From contig MCFE01000757.1 of NCBI GenBank assembly GCA_002104905.1, positions 1-38,937 of the forward strand: a stretch of DNA of 38,937 bases, written 5' to 3'. Below are positions 1-11,144 of this stretch, piece by piece. Below the pieces are notes generated by a model that was given only the letters and a program-made list of their open reading frames with translations, had not been told where the DNA came from and did no database searches. How positions within the stretch are numbered: position 1 is the stretch's first letter; each line of letters begins with the position of its first letter. The position numbers and the translations under genes were made by a program. The DNA comes from Basidiobolus meristosporus CBS 931.73 (taxonomy: Eukaryota; Fungi; Basidiobolomycota).

Positions 1-807
1 GTGCACTCTACACACCTGACTTGACTTTAGCGCGTGGTAGACACTCTATGTTGAGGTGATAGGGCCAGCACGGTGCTCAGAAGTGGACAATCTCCTATGC
101 TGTGGCTGTACCCCTGAGTGTTGCCGAAAATACGGTCTTTGCCATTGCCTTGAAACAGGAAGGAAGTCAAGCTCACCGATCTTACTGGAACCTCAAGTCT
201 CCTCGAAAGTCTTGGGATGCAATACTCCACGTGCACATGCAACTACCCGAAGCTTGAATAGGCGCATAGCAGAAGCTCACACTATATCCGACATGCGAGC
301 TTGGGAATTTCCGATTATCCACAGGCTGTTCAATCAAAGTCATATCTGCACAGAAGCGTGAATATGACATCCTCGTCGATCCTGTTATATACTACATTAT
401 GTGTGCATTTGTTGTTACATGCGATACTGGATGTTATCTATCAATCGGAACTACCATGGGTACGGAGTCTTATTCTTAATAATTTATGCGATGTAACACG
501 CAAATTAGTTCATTAACCTAATATGAGCAATATGAGCTACTAAGGTGGGCTACAAGATTGTGAGAGGTGATTTGGAAATGAGGAAATCACAATTGTCCAA
601 AAGAGAAGCTAAACTAGTGGTAGAGAAGAAGGCTGAACATTAGAAGTAGTGGAGTTTTAAAAGGTTAGAAGGATGGGTTTAGCTGTACAGAAAAGTCTAT
701 ATTGATGTTTATCCAGACAAACGAGCGATAAGAATATCTATTCTATTTTACATAAAGCGTGAATGTTGCGACGAAGCGATTCTGCTAGATTCCTTCAAGC
801 AAGCCCC

Positions 808-1199
808 TTAAGGCCTCTTTCCCGGGAAAACGCCATTATATATGTGGACCACTGCACACCTTCGGCCGCTAGAGGCAATGTATTGCTGGCATAGGGATCC
901 GTTAGCAATGGGAAACCGCATACCGTAACGAGACATACTCACTTGAGCATCTCTATAGGATTGCGCCTCGCTGAAGAAAGAAGCGTGCTTTTTGCAGCGG
1001 TCTAAGGAGAGGAACTCTTTAAGAGCTTTAGTAAATCGAGTCAGGAGCGGTTGCGACAAAAGCCCAGAATCGGATTACCTGTGGAGATTTTGCGTTTGGT
1101 AGTAAAGGTGGATTGCAGGTGCTTGTGGGTTAAGGAGTTGACTTCACTGGGCAAGAACTGCACATCGCAGACATTAATATTCATACCAACGGCGGACAT
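808..1199 (-). CDS. Small spliced hypothetical protein (~90 aa); exons 1199-1079, 1025-943, 885-808 (3' end uncertain)
   Basis: Two introns keep one open frame: GTAATC..CCTGAC..AAG (1078-1026, 53 nt) and GTGAGT..GCTAAC..CAG (942-886, 57 nt). Product starts MSAVGMNINVCDVQFLPSEV. No recognisable family. Confidence 0.4.
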
Positions 1200-3701
1200 T
1201 GTGTAGGGTCAATGTCAAAGTGTAATGAATGGTATCAAATGAAGTGATTTGGAGGAAGCTGGAGGAGATTTATATTTAGGAGTAATCCGAGCTGCCTTGA
1301 TAATCTGATGCAAGTGTAAAATAAGCAAAGCAGTATCCCTAGTTTAGATTAGGAGAATTGATTAGGTAAGTATCTTGCAGGAAGCAAATAGCGAGGTTTG
1401 GGCTTATGGTTCAAACAATAATTAAAGCTGAAGCCAATCACCTACTTACCTGCCAGCTGATCTGGAGTGGTATCAGAATGACGGATGTGAAGCAAGAGAT
1501 TAATAAGCATGTAAGTCACGCTGTAACATCTAATAAATCCAAATCGAACCCTCGACATGATATTGATGTAGAGCAGCGCGTTAGCTCAGAAGTCATTTAT
1601 GTAATATCAAGCTCCACCAGGTAGCTGAGCAGTTCCCTTTCCGACTTGCCCCAACGATCACCTTTAGTCCATCGCTCACCCCCCATGCATAGTTAGTATC
1701 TAAAGATCGGCAAGCGCCATATGTTGGCAGTCATGGAGAATAGGTGAGCGCTCAGTAATGCTTTTATTGAATGCATGCGAAACCAGACATATGCATATAT
1801 CGATGCGATTTGATGCGAATGGGTTTAGGCAAGCTGATGGATCCGGATGATGGTTGCATCCACGGATTCATGAGGTCATCAGCTAAAGGCTGGGATGCGT
1901 AATTAGGGAAGGATGAGCATGTATAACTTGCTCTCGTCGCACTCCACATTGGCATACAACCACCCAACAGTGATACTACGCAGTGCCATATGGTTTCCAC
2001 CCTTAATCCTCAGTGTGAGCAGACACTAATTGACAGTAGAAGTGTAAAACTTCTTCTCAAGGGATGCTTAAACGAGGTTACAAGCAAGGGTGCCAGCGAT
2101 GGTAGCGCAGGCTCCTGTACACAGTGAGGCTGCGCCTCTTGCAAGTGGCCCACATCGGCTAGTTGCTCTAATTTATTATGAGTGTGCCAAAGCACTATTG
2201 CCATGGAAGCAGCTCACAGCTAAACCATCCTTCAGTGGGCTAATGGAGTAAGATAGCATAACGAATTGAAACCCTCCGTGCTTCCCGCGCCACTCATTCT
2301 GTCTTTTACTCTACAGCGGTGGCATGACTTACAAAGGCAAACCTGACACTCTAATAGCTGTATCCTTACCGGTCCTCTACCTCGTCAGGAGCAGTACTAC
2401 ATCTCTAATCAGTGCAACCACATCACCCTTTAGCGCAATCTTGACGATCACCTCAAACCCGAAGTATAGCACACTGTGACCATGTATGAGACATAGGCCC
2501 TGTATTGTTTGGTTGGGATTCTTTGGAAATAGCTGCCAATCGTGATTCTGTCTCAACTGTAGAAAATAGAAATGATTAAGAATAGAAAGTCAAAATGATC
2601 GTGCTCTCTTTTTGAAGCATCAAATATGCATATACGCCTAGTGCGTCGACACCCTCCAACAGACACATTTCTTCGATAAGACATTAATCAAGTAATTGCG
2701 CTGAAGACAAGGGGTGGAACCAAAAGCCCAGAGCGGTGAGTCATCTACTCATCCATCATGGAAACACAATAGACCATTGCTCTATGGTACGGAGTTGTGC
2801 CAACTGAGGAATAGAAGCGTGGTTGTATTTAGATAATAATAGCAACAATACGCTTCTACAGGGATATCCAGTGCAGATCGTTCCAACGGCGATTCATTAA
2901 TAGACCCGTAGGCCCTGGCGGATGTTTGTAGAGCATCGGATATCGCAGAGTTTCAAACATTCAGGGACCCAAAGGGGACAATATAGGTATGCATTACCTC
3001 TCGCAAGTATAATAGACAATAGCTCTTCATTTAGGGTTTGATGTCGGATATTATAGGAGACTAATGAAGAGGCTGCCAAGGAACTACGACATACCGAATA
3101 AATGGGCGTTTCTAATTAGAATTCCTGTATGGGTCTAAAGGTTTAACCACACAACGGGCTACGCCATCCAACTTAGCATACTTAATGGCATAATGACTTC
3201 TCATCCCACCCTGAGTAGCCGTTCCTCGTGGGATATCCTTGGTATGCACAAAGTCGTATTCCGATAATTTCCTCCTCTATAACCAACGCGATGGTAAGGG
3301 CGGAGACGCTCAGCATATCGGTGTCTAAAGAGAGCCCCCTACCAACTTGCCGCCGATTTATCAGGAACAATTGTAGCTAACGCCATAATAATAGGCCTGC
3401 CCCAACTGCGATCGCACTAGGTTCAGGATCGATAGTATTGTGAGTATGTAGTGGACTTCCCAGATCAAATGGTTATGCTGCTTGCAAGTTGATTATCATG
3501 GATTGCTATTGTATTGCTTCGGCGTACATACATTGTGAAGAGTTATTACAAACAATGCCTCTGTATGGCTTGTACCACTTCCCCAACGTTCACTTCCTCA
3601 CCAGTGGAGAGATGTGGTCTCTCCTCAACTCTATAAAAACCTGGAGATCCAGTTGACTTTTTTTGTGTTGGAGTCGGATACTACTACCCATATCTTAAAC
3701 C

Positions 3702-5004
3702 ATGACTCGTAAACTCTTAATTTGTTCCCTGCTGATTGCTCTTTCCCTTAATCCTGCTAACACACAAGATGATGGTACTAGTTTTCTCTTCAAGTGCGAT
3801 CACCCAGGGCATTTCGCTTTGACCTTCGATGATGGTAATGTCCCTTGCTTTCAACGCTTTCACCACCCTCATTTTAACCCGTGGCAATGGTAAATTTCGC
3901 TTAGGTCCTGGCGAGTCCACTGAGGATTTGCTCAGAATCCTCAAGGAGAAACAAGTGAAGGCCACGCTCTTTGTCCTAGGTAGTCAGGTTGCGGAAGATG
4001 GCATGGCACGACTACTTAAGCAAGCATATAACGATGGTCATCAGATTGCGTCTCATACATACGACCATATAGATCTAAACAGACTGAGCTCCGAGAAGAT
4101 AAAGCAACAGATGTTGAACACTGAAGCCGAAATCAAAAAGGTTATTGGAGTGGTGCCAGCCATGATGCGGCCGCCTTACGGGAACTGCAGTGAAACCTGC
4201 ACCAAAGTGATGAAAGATTTAGGCTATTCGGTTATCCAGTGGAATGTGGACTCTGACGACTGGACTTACATGGGGAAGCCCAAGGAATATGATGAACTTG
4301 TGGATAATATTTTGAGCAAGGTTTACCGTTCCAATCCTACCAAAGATAGCTGGATCTCACTTCAACATGACATCCACAAATTTAGTGTTGAGAGAACTCC
4401 AAAGATCGTTGACCGTATCAAAGCCAAAGGATATAAATTCGTCACTGTCAACGAATGCCTTAGTAGCAGGTTTCCAGCTTACAGAGCACGACTCAACCTT
4501 CCCATCCCGCCTTCAGACATGAATCAGCACCGTCGGACTCACGCCAAGCCTCCGGCTAGCTCATCTGCTAACCCTGGGCTACTTTCGGATCAAACAGGAA
4601 CAAACCCTTTTGATTCGGAAGATCCTGCACCAATCAGCCCTGTCAATCCAACCTATATTAACTCCTCAGCCTCTAACCCAACTAACCTCGCTGACTCCAA
4701 CCATAATGATAACCCTCCTAATCCAAAGAATGCACTATTGAGCTCGACCAGCTCTCCCAACCCTACCCGAACTTCGACAACCACTTCCCCGTCTGGCTCC
4801 GCCTCTACCAACCTTTCATCCAACAAAACTAAAGCGACAACATCTACTTCTCAGATGTCGTCGGTTACATCAAAGTCCTCACCATCTCCCTCTAACACGT
4901 TACCACTGCCGACGCTCGAGGTCGAAAGTACCGCCGTCTCTTTGTCACCTCTTCTTTTTGCACCCATCCTTTTCGTAGGGTCAGTTCTGTATTGCTGGAT
5001 GTAG
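3702..5004 (+). CDS. Chitin/polysaccharide deacetylase (CE4, NodB domain) with signal peptide, Ser/Thr/Pro-rich stalk and probable GPI signal; intron 3835-3904
   Basis: Splicing GTAATG..TTAG restores TFDDGP. HTYDH, RPPYG, WNVDSDDW and LQHD motifs are present. Hydrophobic N-terminus (LLICSLLIALSL) and C-terminus (LLFAPILFVGSVLYCWM). Confidence 0.93.
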
Positions 5005-5311
5005 AGCCATATGCATCCATACATGTACATATATCTTCATCTAATAGATAAACCTCTGTTGGGCTCTCTGCTCCTATGGCAGGAATTAAAGACTAGTGAT
5101 GTCAGACAGAGTCAGAACTCGTTCATCAGGTAATCTGGGCAGGAATCTGGTGCGAGATCATTTAAATCCAAAGTGCTGGCATCCCTTTTTTGGCAATCCA
5201 TTTGCACCATGAAACTTGGTCGGTCGGTATACACACATGAAACTCGGAAATCAGTGATCGTTGGCCCATGAAAATTGATCAGAAAAGGATTACTTAGTGG
5301 GAGAGGATCAT

Positions 5312-5400
5312 CCAATCAGATTGGCTGTTAGAATGCAAACAAGGAATCCATAATAAAAGGAAGCCTCCACCTCAGGTGACCTTCTCTTTTCTTCCTGGTC
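5312..5400 (+). promoter_or_regulatory. Candidate RPL30 core promoter
   Basis: Inverted CCAAT pair CCAATC-A-GATTGG (5312-5324), TAATAAAAGG near 5351, and a pyrimidine tract CTTCTCTTTTCTTCC typical of ribosomal-protein gene starts. Confidence 0.35.
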
Positions 5401-5411
5401 ACCATATACCA

Positions 5412-5479
5412 GTAAGTTACAACCGTGCATTCATGAACTACATGCGGATACTAAAGTGATGCTCTTTCGTGTTGTTTAG
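5412..5479 (+). other. Probable 5'-UTR intron of RPL30
   Basis: GTAAGT donor at 5412, CTAA-type branch, pyrimidine-rich TTTAG acceptor ending 14 nt before the ATG; 68 nt matches other intron sizes here. Confidence 0.65.
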
Positions 5480-5493
5480 TCGAAAGTATAGAA

Positions 5494-5829
5494 ATGGCTC
5501 CTATCAAGAAATCCAAGAAGTCTGTTGAATCCATCAACTCACGCTTGGCCTTGGTCATGAAGAGTGGTAAATCCACCCTTGGCTATAAGTCCACCTTGAA
5601 ATCCATTCGCAACGGAAAGGCCAAGCTCATCATCCTCTCCGGAAACTGCCCTCCTTTGAGAAAGTCCGAGATCGAATACTACGCCATGCTCTCAAAGACC
5701 AGCGTTCATCACTACAACGGCAACAACATCGAGCTTGGTACTGCCTGCGGTAAATACTTCCGTGTTGGCGTCCTTTCCATTACCGATGCCGGTGACTCTG
5801 ATATCCTGAAGACTCAAGAACAACAATAA
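5494..5829 (+). CDS. RPL30: 60S ribosomal protein L30 (eL30)
   Basis: 111 aa with [27 protein letters not shown] and [25 protein letters not shown]; strongly biased codons. Confidence 0.99.
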   Translation: MAPIKKSKKSVESINSRLALVMKSGKSTLGYKSTLKSIRNGKAKLIILSGNCPPLRKSEIEYYAMLSKTSVHHYNGNNIELGTACGKYFRVGVLSITDAGDSDILKTQEQQ

Positions 5830-6132
5830 ACGCGACGAGAAACCTTGCGCTTTTACTTGAAGTGTTGCCCTGTCACCATATCACCAATAGAATACATTTA
5901 GAGGAGTATCTATCCAGATGTAGTGTTTATTCATCCATCAACGAACCATTTCCACTTCATGCAGTAGGACGACCGAAGTCGAACGTTAATTAAAGAATGA
6001 CTTGGCTTGCAATCAACCGTGCTCTCGCTTTACGACTATAATGTTCGCCGATGTAGTAGCTGTCATTTGGGATATTTGAATGGGGCAAGGGATGAGGGAA
6101 AACGCATGCTTTATGTATGAAGGAGTCTATGA

Positions 6133-7353
6133 TTATTTGAAATAGTTTTCTAGTTGTAGCATACTCACCGCCCAATTGACAGTCTCCGGCGATTTGACGA
6201 CGCCAATGACAACTTCATCTTGATCGTCCAAGTCTATCTGGAGTTCGTTGACCACATATCCGAGTTGGTCTGCATACAATCTTGCGGCATTAAAAACTCT
6301 TACGCGGTGGTCGGTTGTTGTGCCGTCTTCGTTGGCGCATTGGGCATCGGAGTACTCCATTATTTCCGATAGGTCCTCTATTGAATTAATCGAGCTCTGG
6401 TACTTCACTTCTGCATCAGCTACGGGTGTTATCGAGTCCAAAGAGCCTTTAGGGAAACGAAGTATAAATTGTAGACGCTCCCCTGGGGTGTCGAGAAAGA
6501 TCCCGTTCGCGGTACCTTTCCCTTTTGTTAAAACCCCTCCTTTGGAGGCATCATAGATCCAATCGCTCGGGATTGGATGTAATTTGAAGTCGATGTGTAT
6601 TGAGGTCGGGGAGGTTGGTGTTCGGTGGGAGTTTACCCAGGACATTCGATTGGCAAAGCGCGATTGCTTGAGCGTGTTCTTCATCAACGAGAGGGTTTTG
6701 GTTGCAAGAAGACACCCAACGTGCTTGTGCATATCAGCTCGATAGAATGCCCCTTGAGCGACGTAGTTATATCTACCTGAAATTTCGGGCCCATTTAAAT
6801 GTAAGCAAAGTGATGGTTCAAGAGCGGTCGAGAAGCAGTACCATCTTTATAGAGGGCCTCAACAACAGCCCTTCGAGACTGTACGTATTTTCCTTTGCCC
6901 AACTTCTTTCCACCAAGGCCCATATCACACACAACTACGTGTTGGGAAGTCTCAGGAACCTCTGCTTTCACCAAGCGCAGCAAAAAATCTACCCACCCCC
7001 GTCCGTTAGCACCCCATTGAAAGAGTTCACGAAGCCGCTAGATGCTTACCTTTCGGGAGTACTCTTTCGTTGTAAACACACTTGCGTAGCGGAGAGGACA
7101 GCATCTTGACTAATCAAAAGGGGTTTCTGTATCAGTCCAAACGTGCATCGGTACGTTGAGAAGTGTGAAGGAAAAAGCAAGGCAAGGTCCAATTTTTACC
7201 TTGAGCCGTTGATATCAGCTCTCGCTCGAAGTTTGGGAGTAGTTTGTATTCGAAACGTCTCGGCGCAGGCTTTCGCTCCACAAAGCGTGCCTTTCCTGGC
7301 CGGGACTTCAGCTCTCGTAGAAACCTCACCACAGAATATGGCTTCCCTGTCAT
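6133..7353 (-). CDS. Hypothetical ~334-aa protein with YlxR/RnpM(DUF448)-like module; exons 7353-7200, 7109-7050, 6988-6842, 6776-6133
   Basis: Three GT-AG introns (90, 61, 65 nt) join four ORF pieces in frame. Spliced segment PLRKCVYNERVLPKDFLLRLVK...GKKLGKGKY matches the YlxR pattern. The N-terminus is basic and Arg-rich. Confidence 0.8.
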
Positions 7354-7691
7354 TTGTGTTCACACTTATCCTTTGCACGAAACCAAAGAGCTATTTTCAG
7401 CCGGTGGCTGCTATGATTGAATGGACAGTAAACAAATCGGATGAAAAATAAAATTTTGTAGGCGGATGAATAGATCCAGCTGTCTCTCTAGAATCGGGTC
7501 GATCTTGGTGATTGGCCCGGCTGAGCATCCTCATGATTTTTACGTGGACATAGATTGGCGCAGTGCATCTTCTGCGTTTGGTTCAAGTTGTCTGGCATAC
7601 AGCTGGAATGGCCGGGGAAATTGCTATGGCGAGGGTGTCGCGGCTTCCACAATGCTGACGCGACTTGACAGAGATCTTCGCCGTGCAGCCT

Positions 7692-8484
7692 TCACCAGAA
7701 TCCTGGAATGTTGCCTTCAAGTGGCGTTGGATCATCTCTGACACATGCAAGTACCGTATTGACCAACTCCATACCTTCGGGGTGACGTATCGCATATCAG
7801 GCATAGCCCAGTCAGGCAAACCCAAATATACCTGGTGGCTCCACACACCGAGCAATCAGAGGGATGCTCCATGGACGAATAAGCAGTCAGTAGAAGGCAT
7901 CGGATGTTTACATTGTTCACCGACGCATGAATGACGAGATCAATGATTCGAAGGACAAGCTGTTGCCTCTTCGCTCGCCCTGAATGTAGCCTCGGCGCCT
8001 CTGTTTCTCATGCAACCTGTAAAAAAGGGACCACACCAGCCCAGCGACGTAGCTTGGTTGTTACCAAGATTGGCGACCGCAATCCACTCCCTGCGCTACT
8101 CGCTAATTGGTGTACTATTTCCGTACGAGGGAATGCCATCATCAATCCACGGACAACTTTATTCTCATTAAGCACTGGCGGGTTAGCCCCAGGGGCGCAT
8201 TTCTCCGCAACTAGCCACCTCTCACCACCAATATCTCGCAATCCCCACCCCTGGTCATTCGAGATCCTTTCACTTGCTCGATCACCACTATTTTAGGATC
8301 GAACCTCACGAATGGTCGCTGGTGACAGAAACATCGGGGGAGTTGCGGTGGTGGTCCCAGCTGACGGTAAAATCCTTTTAAATATAGGGAACAATGCGGG
8401 AGAAGCCATTGTTTTCGGTTTCAGTCTGTCCCTCCTCGCGATCATCACTTTATACCTTTCCAATTGCTCGATACCATCTTCCAT
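7692..8484 (-). CDS. Possible unidentified multi-exon gene; boundaries and exon chain unresolved
   Basis: A textbook intron GTGAGA..GCTAAC..CAG at 8225-8175 (51 nt), other plausible splice sites and an ATG at 8484. No unique exon chain or homology was found. Confidence 0.25.
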
Positions 8485-8547
8485 TTCCGTTCACTCTGAG
8501 CCCTCTCTCTCTTTAGTTCGTTTCCTGCAAGTGATAAACCGGCCAAC

Positions 8548-10438
8548 ATGAAGAATCATCCATGGATACCACTAAGCCCTCAAAGTGCACCGGTGCACTC
8601 CACGCCTCGCTCTGGGTTGTGCCGAAACGTGCTCAAGGTCCTTATCGGAACCATCATAATCTGCGGGATAGTGCTGGTGATCCTCAATGCTAAAGTAGCC
8701 AAGGTGTTCTCCGGCAACCCCCTTGATAATCCTCACCATGAAGAGTCCTCAACGCCCAACCTCAGCCCCAAGGAACCGGCCTTTCCACCGCTGTTCAAAG
8801 AGAGCATCTATCCGCCGACTACGCAGGCGGTAGGTCTGCAAAGCCTAGTTGAGTACGACCCAAGGAGCCACAAAAGGCTATGCTATCGAAACTACACCAG
8901 CGCGAACGATGTAATTCCGGACTTCTCTCAGGTTGGCTACGAAAGCGGCGACAAGGAGATCCCGGAAAATATCCCAACCATGGTGACGGTATCCCCCGTG
9001 GTACATCCTTTAGACGACACGGAGCGCATTCAACTTGCTATAGATCATTTGGCGAAGCTCCCCGCCGACCCACATTCTGGCTATCGTGGAGCGGTGCTGC
9101 TTCAGTCTGGCGTGTTCAAAGTCAGCAGAACTTTAAGAATCACCCAGTCGGGGATTATCGTTCGCGGGGACGCCAATGGCAACACCACCATAGTTGCAAC
9201 AGGAAAGAGCCGACTGGTAGTATTCCAAGTAGTGGGGAATGGCCGACCAATGCCACGAACCAGGTTAAGTGCTGAAATCACCCAGACATATGTTCCTGTC
9301 GGTGCGGTCCAGGTACAGATTGATCGGACGGTGGCGCGTAGATTCCACGTGGGAGAAGAGATTATTGTGGAAAGGCGTGGAAATCAAGACTGGATCCAGG
9401 AGATCGGGATGAACAACCTGAGCCTGTATCGACCAGAAAGGGCCTCTGGAGTGGTGGACTGGCAACCGTTCAAGTTGACATTCACCCGTAGGATCCGATC
9501 CTTAGATGAGGCGAACGGCATCATCACACTAGACATTCCTATTACCAACAGCATTGAGCAACGGTGGGGTGGGGGTAGGGTTTACCCCTACAGATTCCGC
9601 GGACGGGTGGACCACATCGGCGTGGAGCACATCGACTTCGTATCCGAATACGATGCTGACATAGTCTCCTTGGACGAACAGGGGGAGCAATACCACTCTG
9701 ATGGAGCCCACTTCGAGGCGGTGATTTCTTTCGAAAGAATGGTCCACGGCTTTGCCAGAAACCTCACGGCAAGGCATTTCAACAACTTTGTCTCGATATT
9801 CAACCATGCCAAATGGGTAACCGTGGAGAACTGCCAGTACCTGGAGCCAGTATCCCCTTTGGAGGGGGGAAACCGGTACGCGTTTTACATCTCTCGGGGA
9901 GCAGAGCTGACTCTCTTCAAAGGGAATTATGCCGAGCATGCTAGGCATGCATTCATCATCGGGGCACAGGTGACAGGGCCGAATGTCTTTTACAACTGCA
10001 CCGCCGAGAAGCAGCACGGAAGTAGTGGTAATTATTGATAACTGGTGGTTTGTTTATTACAAATTGAGGGTCTAACAAGCACGATTTTGCTGCCATGCAG
10101 AGCCTCATCATCGCTGGTCGGTTGGCGGACTTTTCGACAACGTCCGGTCCTCCCTCTCTGTCCAAAATCGTGAGCATCTGGGCAGCGGCCATGGGTGGTC
10201 AGGAGCGAATTATGTCCTGTGGAATACCATGGGAAGAACCGTGGTTCAAAAGCCCCCCACCGCGTGGAACTTTGCAATCGGGGTGATTGGGGAGCGAAAC
10301 AAAGGGGCCTTCGGAAAACACCCTCCCCAAGGTTGGTGGAATAGCCTGGGGATGCATGTAAATCCGAAAAGCCTTTATCAGGCCCAACTAATCCAGCGAA
10401 AGAGCCACACGGGAAGTGCATGGTGTGATCCTGTATAG
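8548..10438 (+). CDS. Type II membrane-anchored right-handed beta-helix (pectin-lyase-fold) protein of bacterial type, 605 aa; intron 10028-10100
   Basis: N-terminal TM (VLIGTIIICGIVLVIL), then DFSQVGY, DDTERIQLAID, GAVLLQSGVFKV, SGIIVRG. Splicing joins GPNVFYNC..SS to EPHHRWSVGGLFDNV..GHGWSGANYVLWN..SLYQAQL. Confidence 0.88.
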
Positions 10439-10788
10439 ATCGCACTCGAAATGTAATCAGACTGAACATATGCTCCTCAAGCTTCCATAGAACTACCGAG
10501 CCCCGATGCCACTGTGGACGCTTCCAGGATACTCGAGATGTCGAACAGAAGTGGTTTCGTAGATCGGACCTCCCCCATACGGCACCCACCCTTTCAAGCC
10601 AACTCGGGGTAAAAACAAATCATGTAATATCGACCGTGATCATTGAGAACTGGTCCTCTTTACTAATATTAAATATTAAAGAATTGTTGAGGTAAAATAC
10701 AGAATTGACCTTCTTGAAACTTATATACATGTTCTCGTTGAAGGTGAGGTAGTCGGCGGGCGAGGCTCCAATCAGGCCATCTGCATGA

Positions 10789-11144
10789 TTAGTCCTCTTT
10801 TTTGGACTCCGTGCTAGGGGCCACCTCGACCTTCTGAAGCTCCTTGACGAAGAAATTGATGGCAACGAAGAGGCAGGCGGTGGTGACAAAGACGATGATG
10901 GTGTGGATGTTTCCCCCGGTGGAATAGGAAAGGAATCCCAAGGAGAACAGTGAGGCCACGAAGGATAGGTTCATCGCCTTGACGACGGTGTCATTGACCC
11001 CGGGGTTAAAGACCGAAATCCAGATCTCTTCGAACAACCCTTTTTTCTCAACTGTCGAGGTAGGCAAACGAGTTAATCACTGAGCTGACGGCGGAGGGGA
11101 AAATTACCATTACCTTTGGTGACTTCTGTTGCTGGTGGCGTCAT
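10789..11144 (-). CDS. PKR1: V-ATPase assembly factor Pkr1-like ER membrane protein; intron 11113-11052
   Basis: IWISVFNPGVN..NLSF..two hydrophobic helices..NIH..AINFFVKEL resembles the Pkr1 family; the GTAATG..CAG intron is in frame. Confidence 0.82.

Noticed and set aside
1-520. Protein-like frame-3 fragments (QKWTISYAVAVPLSVAENTVFAIALKQEG; KREYDILVDPVIYY)
   Set aside because: Interrupted by stops with no convincing splice sites or recognisable family; may belong to a gene outside the window.
1300-3600. Several 60-80 aa ORFs
   Set aside because: No motifs, no consistent exon chain; lengths expected by chance.
5112-5315. 67-aa minus ORF divergent from RPL30
   Set aside because: Its start overlaps the RPL30 promoter motifs and there is no homology; likely chance.
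7770-7900. CSVCGATRYIWVCL resembling a UBP-type zinc finger
   Set aside because: The following C-G-x3-C-G-R and His ligands are absent.
8880-10589. Overlapping and antisense ORFs within the beta-helix gene
   Set aside because: Shadow frames of a GC-rich coding sequence.
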